Shown here: positions 51,372 to 62,382 of the stretch, in pieces
Position numbering within the stretch: the stretch's first letter is position 1
Layout of the letters: each line of letters starts with the position of its first letter
Assembly (NCBI GenBank): GCA_963794945.1
Contig: CAWCFT010000003.1
Span: 32,001-96,000, forward strand
Direction of reading: 5' to 3'
DNA length: 64,000 bases
Origin: Endomicrobiales bacterium
Lineage (GTDB): Bacteria > Elusimicrobiota > Endomicrobiia > Endomicrobiales > CAWCFT01
Translations under genes and position numbers: made by a program
Notes under the pieces: model-generated
The model's database searches: none
What the model saw: only the letters and a program-made list of their open reading frames with translations
Told to the model about the DNA's origin: nothing

Positions 51372-52364
51372 TTAAGGCAGTTTCCTCAGCCAGAAACTGG
51401 ACAAAAATATTTCCAGGCCGAACAACAAGAACGCCGGCCAGAGAAAATACATAAAGTGTTCTATGTAGCTAGTGTATTTAAGCGATTTTATCTCGGTTTT
51501 TTCCATGCTGTTTATGGTCTTGATGATGTTCTCCAGCGAGGCGCTGTCCGTGGCCCTGAAATACCTGCCGCCTGTTGCTTCGGCTATCTTGAGAAGCGTG
51601 TCTTCGTCCAGCTCCTGCTCCGGGATCTTAACGTAGTGCTTGCCCCACATGTCTTCTACGGGGTAAAGCGCGCCGCCCGGCGCCCCCGTGCCGATAGTGT
51701 ATATCTTTACACCCAGCGCGCCGGCCGCCTGCGCCGCGGTTATTGGGTCGATCTCGCCCGCGTTGTTGCGCCCGTCCGTAAGCAGTATCATCACCTTGCT
51801 TTTGCCCGGGCTGTCCTTAAGGCGGTTTGTGGCCGTTGCAATAGCCGAGCCGATGGCCGTGCCGTCGCCGCCGGTCATGTTGACCTCAACCTGGTCGATG
51901 AAGTTCATCACGGCTTCGTGGTCGATCGTAAGAGGGCACTGCGTGAAAGCAAGGCCTGAAAATATGACCACGCCTATCCTGTCGTATTTCCTTCCTTCAA
52001 CGAACTCTTTGGCGACCCTCTTGGCCGCTTCTATCCGGTTGGCGGGCTTAAAATCTATAGCCAGCATGCTTGAAGATGTGTCGAGCACCATCATAATGTC
52101 TATACCCTGGTTGTATATCTCCTCGGTATTCTGCCCGGACTGGGGCCGCGCCATTGCCACCAGCAAAAGCGTGACAGCCATGAGCCTTAACACCTTGGGG
52201 AGAAAAGCGAGCTTTACCCTGGGCGACGGGTTTATGCCTTCAAAGCCCTGCCCGGGAAACGTTATAACAGAGTTATCGTTCCGCGAACGGTATTTTTCTT
52301 TTAGAAAAACCGCTATCGCTATTATTATCAATAAAAAAAGGTAAATTGGGTTAGCGAATCTCAT
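51372..52364 (-). CDS. batA: BatA-like VWA protein
   Basis: MRFANP, MARPQ, DTSSSM, GTAIG, LLTDGRNNAG and TGGRYFRA. Confidence 0.9.
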   Translation of the reverse strand: MRFANPIYLFLLIIIAIAVFLKEKYRSRNDNSVITFPGQGFEGINPSPRVKLAFLPKVLRLMAVTLLLVAMARPQSGQNTEEIYNQGIDIMMVLDTSSSMLAIDFKPANRIEAAKRVAKEFVEGRKYDRIGVVIFSGLAFTQCPLTIDHEAVMNFIDQVEVNMTGGDGTAIGSAIATATNRLKDSPGKSKVMILLTDGRNNAGEIDPITAAQAAGALGVKIYTIGTGAPGGALYPVEDMWGKHYVKIPEQELDEDTLLKIAEATGGRYFRATDSASLENIIKTINSMEKTEIKSLKYTSYIEHFMYFLWPAFLLFGLEIFLSSFWLRKLP

Positions 52365-52453
52365 AGAAATTCCTGTTTCGAGTTACGGGTTTTGAGTTCC
52401 TGGTTAGGAGCCTAAAGTCTTTAAACACGAAACTCGAAACTTATAACGCGAAA

Positions 52454-53359
52454 CTATATTTCAACTATCTGTTTCGCCTTGTCAAAATCTTCCCAGACCG
52501 TCTTTTCGTCAGGTTTATATTTGGCGAATTTCACTAGGTCGCACTCTTCAAAAAATTCCTTTATGAAGACCAGCGCTTTCTTGTCCGGCTCGGCTGCGCG
52601 CAGCAGCTGGTATATCTCGCCCGTGGTCTTGTCCAGCGTGTCTATGGAATAGACCGCGCCGAGGTATTTGCGGATTATGTCGGTCAGTGCGATATAGAAT
52701 TCTTTTTTCCTCTCTTCTTTGACAAGGCCGGAATTCTTAAGTTTTTCGAGCTCTTCCATCGCTATCTCGTAAGGCGGCACCGCGGGTATAACCGGGCCCG
52801 CGGGAAGCTGGGGCAGTGATTTCCTGTATTTCTGGTACCAGTACCATGCGCCAAAACCGATACCGGCGATGATGATGATTATAAGGAGATAGACTCCTGC
52901 CGGTATCCTGAGGCTGAGCGGCGGTTTTATGTCCCGCAGCGCAGGCGGGCCTTTAACCAGGCCCATCACGCTTTCTATCGTTATGGGAATTGCCTGCGTT
53001 GTCGCGGTGAACGTGGAGTTGGCGGCGTCAAAAAAGTTGAAAGTTATTTCCGGGACCGGTATCTGGCCGGTAGTAAAAACAGCGAGGGTATAGTTGAGCT
53101 TTGTGACAAGGTTGCCTTTTGTCTCCTGGGAAACTTTTACGTCTCTGACTTCCCAGGGCCCTATCTCTTCTTGTTTTTCCGGGATGGCGGGCTTATAACC
53201 GGCCGGGCAGGTGAGCGTGACGGTAAGGGCCAATGGATCGCCGATAGTAATTTGGGCCTTGTCCGCCTTCGCGGCCGCGGAAACGTTTGCGTCGTCCGCG
53301 TACAATGCCGCGGCACCCAAAAGAAGCGGTATGGTTAATGTCAAAAATATTTTGCGCAT
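52454..53359 (-). CDS. Conserved bat-operon membrane protein
   Basis: Signal peptide, ITIGDP, RDIKPP, a TM helix, PPYEIA..EL, IIRKYL and DLVKFAK; in the usual position between DUF58 and batA. Confidence 0.82.
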   Translation of the reverse strand: MRKIFLTLTIPLLLGAAALYADDANVSAAAKADKAQITIGDPLALTVTLTCPAGYKPAIPEKQEEIGPWEVRDVKVSQETKGNLVTKLNYTLAVFTTGQIPVPEITFNFFDAANSTFTATTQAIPITIESVMGLVKGPPALRDIKPPLSLRIPAGVYLLIIIIIAGIGFGAWYWYQKYRKSLPQLPAGPVIPAVPPYEIAMEELEKLKNSGLVKEERKKEFYIALTDIIRKYLGAVYSIDTLDKTTGEIYQLLRAAEPDKKALVFIKEFFEECDLVKFAKYKPDEKTVWEDFDKAKQIVEI

Positions 53360-53377
53360 ATTATATTATAAAGGAGT

Positions 53378-54256
53378 TTAGCTTAGCCTCTTTTCCCTGC
53401 GTTTAAAGAACTGTATGAGCGGCTTTATGTAAGACTCGCCAGTCGAAACTGAAATGGAGTCAACGCCAGCCTTTACAAAAAGCCTCTTGAGGCTCTCGCT
53501 GCGGGCCGCTTTGCGTTTCAAGTATTCGCCTATAAAGAACCTGTCGGACGCGTCAATGTCCATGCGCCTGCCGGTCTCGGGGTCCTCGATGCTGACCATG
53601 CCGATCGGAGGAATGTCGGCCTCACGGGGGTCCTGGAACTTTACCGCAATTAGATCGTGTTTCCTGCTGGTTATCCTCAGGGCGGGTTCGAAATCCTTGT
53701 CCTCAAAATCAGAAAGGAGGAAGACCACCGCCTTCCTGCGCCAGAGCTCGTTTAAGTACTGCATTGCGAGCGTGAGGTCGGTGCCTTTACCGCTGGGCTT
53801 GAAATACAACGCCTCGCGGATCAGCCTCAATATGTGGTTCCTTCCCTTTTTGGGCCGGATAACTTTTTCTATACGGTCTGTGAACATTATCATGCCGACG
53901 CGGTCGTTGTTCCTGATCGCCGAGAAGGCTATGACTGAGGCGAGCTCGGCCGTGAGCTCGGATTTGAACTTGTCCTTTGTGCCGAACTTCTGCGACGCAG
54001 AAACGTCAACAAGAAGGATGACGGTGAGCTCCCTTTCCTCTGTGAACTTCTTTATGAAAGGGCGCCCGTAGCGGGCCGTGACGTTCCAGTCTATGGAGCG
54101 CACATCGTCGCCCGGCATGTACTCGCGCACTTCGGCGAACTCCATGCCTCGGCCCTTGAAGACGCTGGAATACTGGCCGGCGAATATCTCGTTAACGAGC
54201 TTGCCAGAACGGATCTCTATTTTGCGGACTTGAGCGAGTATTTCTTTTGGGATCAT
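53378..54256 (-). CDS. DUF58 protein
   Basis: FKGRGMEFAEVREY.PGDDVRSIDWNVTAR, EERE, DVSAS and SDF. Confidence 0.93.
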   Translation of the reverse strand: MIPKEILAQVRKIEIRSGKLVNEIFAGQYSSVFKGRGMEFAEVREYMPGDDVRSIDWNVTARYGRPFIKKFTEERELTVILLVDVSASQKFGTKDKFKSELTAELASVIAFSAIRNNDRVGMIMFTDRIEKVIRPKKGRNHILRLIREALYFKPSGKGTDLTLAMQYLNELWRRKAVVFLLSDFEDKDFEPALRITSRKHDLIAVKFQDPREADIPPIGMVSIEDPETGRRMDIDASDRFFIGEYLKRKAARSESLKRLFVKAGVDSISVSTGESYIKPLIQFFKRREKRLS

Positions 54257-54347
54257 TGTAAAACCTCAGTTATAAACTTTAAGCTATAAGCTGTAAGAAA
54301 TTCAAAGACTTTTCTTATAACTTACAGCTTACCGCTTATAGCTTGTG

Positions 54348-55343
54348 TCACGGAACTTCAACACCGTCGAATATCTGTTTGATTATGTCTTCTGACGTCA
54401 TTTCTTCGGCTTCGGCTTCGTACGACAGAAGCACGCGGTGGCGCAGGACGTCGAGGCCGATTATCTTCACGTCTTCAGGGGTAACGTAGCCGCGGCCCTG
54501 CAGGAACGCGTAGGCCTTGGAAGCGAGCGTGAGGTAAATTGTCGCACGGGGAGAAGCGCCGAAAGCTATAAGGGGTTTTAGGTCCTTTAAGTTGTAGTTC
54601 TCGGGTTCCCTGGTCGCGAACACTATGTCAACTATGTAATTTTTCACTTTCTCGTCTACGTATATCTCTTTGACCGTGTCCTGGGCCTTTCTTATGTCTT
54701 CCGGGGTGATCACGGGTTTTATCTTTATATCCTGGCCGGAAGTCATTCTTTCTAGTATCTGTTTTTCTTCCTGCTTGTTGGGGTAGGTGATCTTAAGCTT
54801 GAGCATGAAACGGTCAACCTGCGCTTCGGGCAGCGGGTAAGTGCCTTCCTGCTCGATGGGGTTCTGCGTGGCTAGCACAAGGAACGGGCTGGGAAGGGGG
54901 AAAGTTGTGTCGCCGATGGTAACCTGGTTTTCCTGCATCGCTTCAAGGAGAGCGCTCTGCACCTTGGCGGGCGCGCGGTTAATTTCGTCGGCTAAAATGA
55001 GGTTGGCGAAAATGGGGCCCTTTTTCACCGAGAAAGTAGCGTCTTTCGGGCTGTAGACAAGCGTGCCGATGATATCCGCCGGTAGGAGGTCGGGCGTAAA
55101 CTGCAGCCTCTGGAATTTAGTTTGTATGGCGGACGAAAGTGTTTTTACCGCGAGCGTTTTCGCGAGGCCCGGCACGCCTTCCAAAAGTATGTGCCCGTTG
55201 GACAGGAGGCCGATGAGCATGCGCTCGACAACGTAAGACTGGCCCACTATCACTTGGCTTATCTCGTTGGTAAGCTGGACTATGAAAGTACTTTCCTTCT
55301 TTACCTTCTCATTGATCTCCCTGATGTCCCTTGATTCAACCAT
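54348..55343 (-). CDS. moxR: MoxR-family AAA+ ATPase
   Basis: LLEGVPGLAKT, QFTPDLLPADI, DEINRAPAKVQSALLEAM and ATQNPIEQEGTYPLPEAQ.DRF. Confidence 0.96.
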   Translation of the reverse strand: MVESRDIREINEKVKKESTFIVQLTNEISQVIVGQSYVVERMLIGLLSNGHILLEGVPGLAKTLAVKTLSSAIQTKFQRLQFTPDLLPADIIGTLVYSPKDATFSVKKGPIFANLILADEINRAPAKVQSALLEAMQENQVTIGDTTFPLPSPFLVLATQNPIEQEGTYPLPEAQVDRFMLKLKITYPNKQEEKQILERMTSGQDIKIKPVITPEDIRKAQDTVKEIYVDEKVKNYIVDIVFATREPENYNLKDLKPLIAFGASPRATIYLTLASKAYAFLQGRGYVTPEDVKIIGLDVLRHRVLLSYEAEAEEMTSEDIIKQIFDGVEVP

Positions 55344-55375
55344 GGTTTCCTCCTGGTAACGATCTTTTTTTGAAA

Positions 55376-55406
55376 ATTATATATAAAATTTTTAAATTCT
55401 TGTCAA
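55376..55406 (-). promoter_or_regulatory. Sigma70 promoter of the moxR-bat operon
   Basis: Minus-strand TTGACA (55406-01), 17 nt, TATATA; an overlapping TATAAT lies 2 nt further on. Confidence 0.7.
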
Positions 55407-55594
55407 GAGTTTCTGTTTAAAATCAATATCAAGCGCTAAAAAACTAATTTTACCGTCAATCAGTGCAGTCCACCCGGTTTGCATTTTTAGACACTGTATC
55501 ATGCGGAAAAGTTTCAGCGCGGTTGGGCTGGCAACACAAAACAGCGAAGTGCAGGTTGGGTAAAGCGCAAGTAACTCTTGCGAAAGGTGAACGG

Positions 55595-56859
55595 TCAAGA
55601 CCGGATCTCACCGTTGCCATAGACTTTATATTTTGTGCTGGTAAGCTCTTTAAGCCCCATGGTGCCCCGGGCGTGCAGCTTCTGTGTGGATATGCCTATC
55701 TCCGAGCCGAAACCGAAAATGCCGCCGTCGTGGAGCCTTGTTGACGCGTTGTGCATGACAGCCGCGGAGTCCACCTCATTTAGGAATCTCTCGGCAGCGG
55801 TTTTGTCCTGGGTTACTATGGCATCGGAATGGCCCGAGCCGTGTTTGTTTATATGGTTGATAGCCTCGTCAAGCGAGCCCACGACCTTGATGGAGATTAT
55901 CATGGCGAGGTATTCCTCAGACCAGTCTTCCTCAACGGCCGGTATAACGTTCGGGACGAGCTTTTTTGTTACAGGGCAGCGCGCACTTCTACGCCGGCTT
56001 TCTTGTAGTCGGTGCATGCGGCCGGCAAAAATTTATCAGCTATGTCCTTGTGGACGAGAAGCGTTTCCATAGCGTTGCAGACGCCCGGCCTTTGGCACTT
56101 GGCGTTGAACGCGATCTTCCTTGCCATCTCTATGTTTGCCGCTTTGTCAACGTAGGTGTGGCAGAGGCCCTTGCCGTGCGAAAGCACCGGCACGGTAGCG
56201 TTTTCACGCACGAAACGTATCATCTCTTCCCCGCCGCGCGGGATGACGAGGTCTATGAACTGGTCGAGCTTTATCATCTCAAGTATGGCCTTGCGGTCGG
56301 TTGTCTCAATGAACTCGATGGCTCCTTCTGGAAGGCCTGCGGCGTAGGCTGCCGGAGCGATAGTTTTTATCAGCATATGGTTTGAGTTTATGGCTTCAGA
56401 GCCGCCCCTGAGTATCACGGCGTTGCCGGATTTAAGGCAAAGGCCTGCGGCTTCTACCGTTACGTTCGGGCGCGATTCGTATACCATGGCCACGACGCCA
56501 AGCGGCACGCGAACTTTCTGTATATGAATGCCTGCCGGAGGGGTCCAGTCGGCTATTATTTCACCGATGGGGTCGGCAAGGGCGGCGATATCCCTAAGAG
56601 CCCTGGCCATATCCTGGATCCTGCTCTCATCTAGTTTGAGCCGGTCTAAAAGCGCGTCATTTAAGCCTGCTTCTTTTGCGGCTTCAACATCTATCTCGTT
56701 GTGGAATATTATATCGTCTTTGCCTTTGATGAGGGCTTCTGCCATCGCTACCAGTATCTTGTTCTTTGTTTCAGTAGGCACAAGCGAAAGCTTCCTGGAA
56801 GCGATCTTCGCTCTCATGGCGTGAGTAACAACTACCTGCTTGATCTCTTTTTCTTCCAT
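55595..56859 (-). CDS. proA: Gamma-glutamyl phosphate reductase; frameshift at about 55981
   Basis: [29 protein letters not shown] and [10 protein letters not shown]; the second frame has [18 protein letters not shown]. Confidence 0.95.
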
Positions 56860-56995
56860 AAATCACTCCCCAAAATTTTGTCATCCGCCAATGATTTGTG
56901 GCGGATCCACTTCGTTAATCTATTATCGATGCATTATAACAGCATATGTTCTGGACCCCCGATTGAACCCTCGGGGATGACAGTCTAATTTTTAA

Positions 56996-58942
56996 TCAAT
57001 TGTTAACTTTACGATTCTTGATCCAGTTCAAAAGCCCGCCCGCGAAAAGTATATCTTTTTGCCTGGGAGTCAGGTCGTAAGCGAGCACGGTCTCTTCCCT
57101 GCCGAGCCGGTTCTTGTTGCTTATCACGGCGTTTATGGTCCCCTTGCCGGGCTTAATGTTTCCGGAAACAGACGGCATCTCAAAAACCGAGCCCTGGGTT
57201 ATATAATCGAAGTCAGCCGCGTTGATAAATGTCAGGGGCAAAATTCCGAAGTTGATAAGGTTGGCGAGGTGTATCCTCGCGAACGATTTCGCCACAACCG
57301 CGCGCACGCCCAGGTATTTTGGAGCGAGAGCCGCGTGTTCCCTTGACGAGCCCTGCCCGTAATTCTCACCGGCCACTATGACCCCGGACTTAGCGTTCTT
57401 CGCGCGTTTAGCGAAATCCTTATCAACCGCCGCGAAAGTATATTCCGATATCGCGGGCAGGTTCGAGCGCAGCGGCAGTATTTTTGAGCCAGCCGGCAGT
57501 ATGTGGTCGGTGGATATATTGTCGCCGAGCTTGATCAGGACCTCTGAATTGAAACTCTTTTCGAGCGGCGCGAACTCGGGCAGTGGCTTTATGTTCGGGC
57601 CGCGCGATATTTCGATCTTAGAGCCGTTCTTGGAAGGCAATATAAACAGTTTGTCGGCATCGGTAAAGCTTTTCGGGAGCTTTATTTTTGGGTAAGCTCC
57701 AAAAAAATCTCTCGGATCGGTTATTTTTCCGGAGAGGGCTGCCGCGGCCGCGACTTCGGGAGAGCACAAGTAGACCTTCGCGTCTTTTGTGCCGGACCTT
57801 CCCTCGAAATTACGGTTGAATGTCCGCAAGGACACAGCTCCGCTGGAAGGAGCCTGGCCCATGCCTATGCAGGGACCGCACGCGCACTCGAGCACTCTCG
57901 CGCCGCTCATGATGATGTCGGCCAGAGCCCCGGAATCGGCCAGCATGGACATAACCTGCCTGGAGCCCGGAGATATAACGAGGCTAACGTCGGGGTGAAC
58001 CTTTTTGCCTTTCAGAACCGCCGCCACAAGCAGCATATCTTTCAGAGACGAATTTGTGCAGGAGCCTATCGCTACCTGCTGAACGGCGGTACCCGCGACT
58101 TCACTGACCTTTTTGACGTTGTCCGGGCTGTGGGGCAGAGCTATCAGAGGCTCAAGCATTGAGAGGTCGATCGTTATCTCCTCATCGTACTCCGAGCCTT
58201 CTTCGGCAATCAATTCGTTATAGTTTTTAACGCGTCCCTGGGAGGCGAGAAAATCTCTTGTTATATCATCTGACGGGAATATAGTGGTCGTTGCTCCAAG
58301 CTCCGTGCCCATGTTGGTGATCGTCGCGCGCTCCGGCACCGAAAGCGTTTTGACGCCGGGCCCAGCGAACTCAAATATCTTGCCTCTTCCGCCCTTGACC
58401 GATAAGCGGCGAAGTAGCTCAAGTATAATATCTTTCGCGCTTACCCACGCACTCAGTTTCCCTTTGAGCGTGACCTTTACGACCTTAGGCATCGTGATAA
58501 AGAACGGCTCGCCTGCCATAGCGCAGGCCACGTCAAGCCCGCCCGCACCGAACGCAAGCATGCCTATTCCGCCGCCTGTTGGCGTGTGCGAGTCGGAACC
58601 TATAAGCGTTTTGCCGGGTATGCCGAAACGCTCCAGGTGCAGCTGGTGACATATACCGTTGCCGGCCGGAGAAAATATTACACCGTATTTCGCTGCCGCC
58701 GACTGCAGGTAGCGGTGGTCGTCCGCATTCTCAAAACCGTTCTGTAGGGTGTTGTGGTCAACGTAGCTTACCGAAAGCTCTGTCTTTACTTTAGGCACGC
58801 CCATAGCCTCGAACTGGAGATAGGCCATGGTTCCGGTCGCGTCCTGTGTGAGGGTTTGGTCTATCTTGAGGCCCACTTCTTCGCCTATGTTCATTTTTCC
58901 TGAAACAAGGTGCGCGGATATGATCTTTCTGGTGATGTTCAT
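56996..58942 (-). CDS. Aconitate hydratase (short, about 650-aa type)
   Basis: TQDATGT, YVDHN, GSDSHT, IGSCTN, CGPCIG, FNRNF.GR, STDHI and NYGQGSSREHA. Confidence 0.93.
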   Translation of the reverse strand: MNITRKIISAHLVSGKMNIGEEVGLKIDQTLTQDATGTMAYLQFEAMGVPKVKTELSVSYVDHNTLQNGFENADDHRYLQSAAAKYGVIFSPAGNGICHQLHLERFGIPGKTLIGSDSHTPTGGGIGMLAFGAGGLDVACAMAGEPFFITMPKVVKVTLKGKLSAWVSAKDIILELLRRLSVKGGRGKIFEFAGPGVKTLSVPERATITNMGTELGATTTIFPSDDITRDFLASQGRVKNYNELIAEEGSEYDEEITIDLSMLEPLIALPHSPDNVKKVSEVAGTAVQQVAIGSCTNSSLKDMLLVAAVLKGKKVHPDVSLVISPGSRQVMSMLADSGALADIIMSGARVLECACGPCIGMGQAPSSGAVSLRTFNRNFEGRSGTKDAKVYLCSPEVAAAAALSGKITDPRDFFGAYPKIKLPKSFTDADKLFILPSKNGSKIEISRGPNIKPLPEFAPLEKSFNSEVLIKLGDNISTDHILPAGSKILPLRSNLPAISEYTFAAVDKDFAKRAKNAKSGVIVAGENYGQGSSREHAALAPKYLGVRAVVAKSFARIHLANLINFGILPLTFINAADFDYITQGSVFEMPSVSGNIKPGKGTINAVISNKNRLGREETVLAYDLTPRQKDILFAGGLLNWIKNRKVNN

Positions 58943-59094
58943 TTAAGGTCCTTTAGTTGTATTGCGAGCATAAAACAGGGTTGTACCCGCTCTATTGGGT
59001 TATATTTTATCAAATTATCCGTGTCAAGACAACACGACGAATTGCCTGGGGATGAATAGATTACAGAGGGCAGGGGGAATGAAAAAGTGAGGAT

Positions 59095-60104
59095 TTACAG
59101 TTTTAAGGTAAGGGAAATACGATTTGTGGCGTCAAACCCGTTCGTGGTGACGTAAGCGTAGTCGATGCGGACTACATTGTGTGAAAGATCCCTGTTATTG
59201 GAGGCTTCTTTCCACCATGAATCGTCGCTGTTGCCTCCGCCGAAAGATATCGGCGTAAGAATTCCTATGCCCGCCGTGAAGCCTCCCGCGGACGAAGTGT
59301 TGTATCCGGCGCGCAGAGTGAAAACATCGCTTACGGCGTATTCCGTGCCTAGGTGCATGCAGGTGTCGGAATCAACAGGTTGTTCTCCGTCAACGGCCAC
59401 GCAGAACTTTTTTGTTACGTTATATGCCAGCCCTGCCCTGACGTCCATGGGAAGCTTATTGTCGAAATCAAGCCCCAAGTCATTTACCGTGGTTTTAAGG
59501 CTTGCGCCTATGTTCTGCCCGGAAATACCAAAACGGAGGTTTGGTGAAAGTTTTAAAGCAAGCCGCAATCGCAGGCGATACCGGTGCTGCTGTCGCTGCC
59601 GAGGTTCTGCTGTATATCTTTTGCCATGAAGCCGAAAGACATTGTAGGGGTTATGTTCAGCGCGACGCCCGCGCCTATCACAAGCCCGCTCGGGCTAATG
59701 CTGCCGGCGCTGTTGCCCTGGGCATCCCTCGCGTCGACAGAACCCAGCGAAATCGATGTAGCGTTGACAAGTATCGAGCTTGCCCTCTTCGGCCCGAAAG
59801 GGATCGCAAGGGCCGCGTAAGTTGCGGATATATCCTCGATAAAACTGTTGTAAGCTGCGGTAAACTGCGGCCCGCCAAGCGCCACCGGGCCCGCGGGGTT
59901 CCACCACGCGCATTCGACGTCGCTGCTTTGCCCCACGAACGCGCCGCCCATGCCCTGCGCCCTCGCGCCCTGGTCCATCCTCAAGAAAACAGCGGTAGCG
60001 GTACCGCTCTGGTCACTGGCAAAAAGATTCAGCGGGACAGCCGAAAGAACGATCGCCGTTATCGCGGACAAGGCAGTTAATTTTGTGATCTTTGTGATAT
60101 CCAT
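59095..60104 (-). CDS. PorV/PorQ-family outer-membrane protein; frameshift at about 59555
   Basis: Signal peptide; FLRMDQGARAQGMGGA...WWNPAG; GTEY...LRAGY; IDYAY...NRISLTLKL. Confidence 0.82.
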
Positions 60105-60121
60105 AGTTTTTTAAACCGCGG

Positions 60122-62372
60122 CTATTGTATTATTATAAGCTTCTGGAACTTAGGCGTACTCGAGACCGACGGGGACGACAGCCTATAAAGGTAAACGCCT
60201 GTCGCCAGCTTGCTGCCGGATTGGTTGACGAGAGCCCAGGTTTTTGTCTGTGCTCCGGATTGCGTTACGCTCCAGCTATCCTGATAGAGCTGTTCTCCGA
60301 GTATATTGTAAACCTCAAGCTTTATAGTTGCGGGCGCGTTGATAGTGTAGGCGAACGTTACAAAGTTGGCGCCCCTGACAGGGTTAGGATAGGCGAAAGT
60401 AGATTGCGCAAACGCCGTGGAAACACCCGTGGCGGAGATGTTAACGGTGAAATTATATATGGTTGCGGAAGCTGTGTTGCCATTCGTGTCCACAGGAACT
60501 ATTTTAACCGTATATACGCCGTTCGTTGACTGCTGGGGAAATGTTAATGTGACCGTATTCGAGCCGTTGTTGGAGACTGTCACCGGAATTGTATTTGTTG
60601 TTGGCCCCGTAAGGGTTACCTGTGAGTTCGTAAGGCTGATGCCGGGTCCGCCGGTGTCGCTCATCTGCACGGAAAGAGTGGCAAAAGGCTGGGTCAGTAC
60701 GACTCCGCCAGTAAGCGCAAGGCTAGTGCCGCCGGCGGATATTCCTGAGATTGTTGGTGGTGTTGTGACTGTGCCTGTTTGGGAAGCTGTGCGGTCAATT
60801 GTGACGTTTCCTGTGATGACCCTGTCGTTTCCGGAATTGTCTATGGCATGGTTGCCGGAATCATCGGTTCCGGATATGGCAAAGACATAGTTATTGTTAG
60901 GCAGTGAAACACCTGTGTCATCAAAGCCATTCCATGTTTCAGTTTGAGAGCCTGCTGTTCTTTGAAATACAAAAACTTTTTTTAGGTTTGAAGCAACATA
61001 AGGGACAGGGTCTCCAGCGACGTAGGTATAGGTGGAAGCACCATTCAGGTAATTCATAGAGCCGGATACGGACGCCATGTAAAAAGTCGTTCCCGGTGTG
61101 CATATTACTATTTTAATAGTCGCGCCGCCATCATCGGAGCTCGCTCCCGCAAGGGTGTACTTTATATTCGCAAGCGGGATAGTTTGGGTTATGCCTGTAG
61201 AGGCAACGTCAACAATACGCAGGACGTCGTATGCAATAACGCCTCCAGCAGTTATCGCTGCACCATTTCCATCTAGACTATTATAGGCGTCAAAAGTGAA
61301 AGAATAAAGGCCATTTGGCACAATAAGCCCTGAATCATTTCTGCCGTCCCACATTTCTTCATTAGCATTCTGGTCCCATTTGCCCGGATTGGAATCAGCA
61401 CTTCCGTCTCCGTCAACTCTCGGGACCGTGCTTACTATCACCCTAACTTCTGAGCCGGTTTGGTCGAAAATTTTCCACGTCGCATAAGCGTTATCGCTTA
61501 AATAATAGTCATAATAAAAAGGTGCTCCGTAACTTAACTGACTAGTGCCTAACATAGTATATTCAAGCCCTTTACCGGCGTTAGTGTGAACTACGCTGAC
61601 TGTTGTAGCTTTTTGAAAAGTAGCTCCGATTGAGGTATTTGCGTTACCGCTTCCATCGATCGCAGTCGCCGTAAGAATATATGTGCCGTTGCGTTTATCC
61701 CCGTTGTGCACATAAATGGTGCCGTCCCATTGAAAAGTAGTCGTGGCTGAATAGTTTGATGAACTAACCACAACATTTAATGGAACTGTAGGGGTTTGGA
61801 GGAAAATGGATTCTGGAGAAACAGATGTTTGTATGTCAATGCCGACATAAGCAGGCGGGAATATTGGGTCGCCATATTGGCCTCTGACAGTTATTGTATA
61901 GGTCATAACGCTACCGTCAGGAGTAATAACATTGCTTGTCACTCCTCCAACCTTAGAAGTGACACTTGTAACGACGGGTTTTTCAACTGTACAGGTGACA
62001 AATTGCTGGTTTGATATATCCTGGCCGCCGTTGCCGTCATCGATACCTATTCTCACGTAATATATCTGACCGCTGGCCCCATTCAGCCATGTGGCGTTCT
62101 GGTTGATATGAGGTGTACCAACACAAGGCGCGGTTCTGCGTGGCAATTGCCGCAGCTTGGCATTGCGCAAAGGTAAAGCTATTCATAGAAGTAGTGGAAA
62201 TAAAAATTAAATATGTTGCGGCAACATTATTAGTGGATGTGTTCCAAAAGAAAACTATTGGCCCGGAGTAGTTTACAGCCGCATCAAATTGGGGGGCAAT
62301 GACTGCAAATGAAATAGCAGGTATTAAGGAGAGGAAAAGGAAAGTAAACAAAAGTCTACAAAATTTTCCCAT
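60122..62372 (-). CDS. Secreted multi-FlgD-Ig protein with T9SS type-A CTD-like C-terminus; frameshift at about 62098 or 62135 (about 749 aa repaired)
   Basis: Signal peptide MGKFCRLLFTFLFLSLIPAISFA; repeated WDG(T/R)..G...PNG.Y units; terminal AYPNP...VYNILGE...LATGVYLYRL...KLIIIQ. Confidence 0.83.
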
Positions 62373-62382
62373 AAGTAACACC

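Noticed and set aside
51285..54344. CRISPR array
   Set aside because: The repeats are degenerate 6-7-mers in inverted arms with no constant repeat-spacer pattern, and no cas genes are present.
55440..55594. Possible structured RNA between proA and moxR
   Set aside because: Only short local hairpins; no family consensus that I could recognise.
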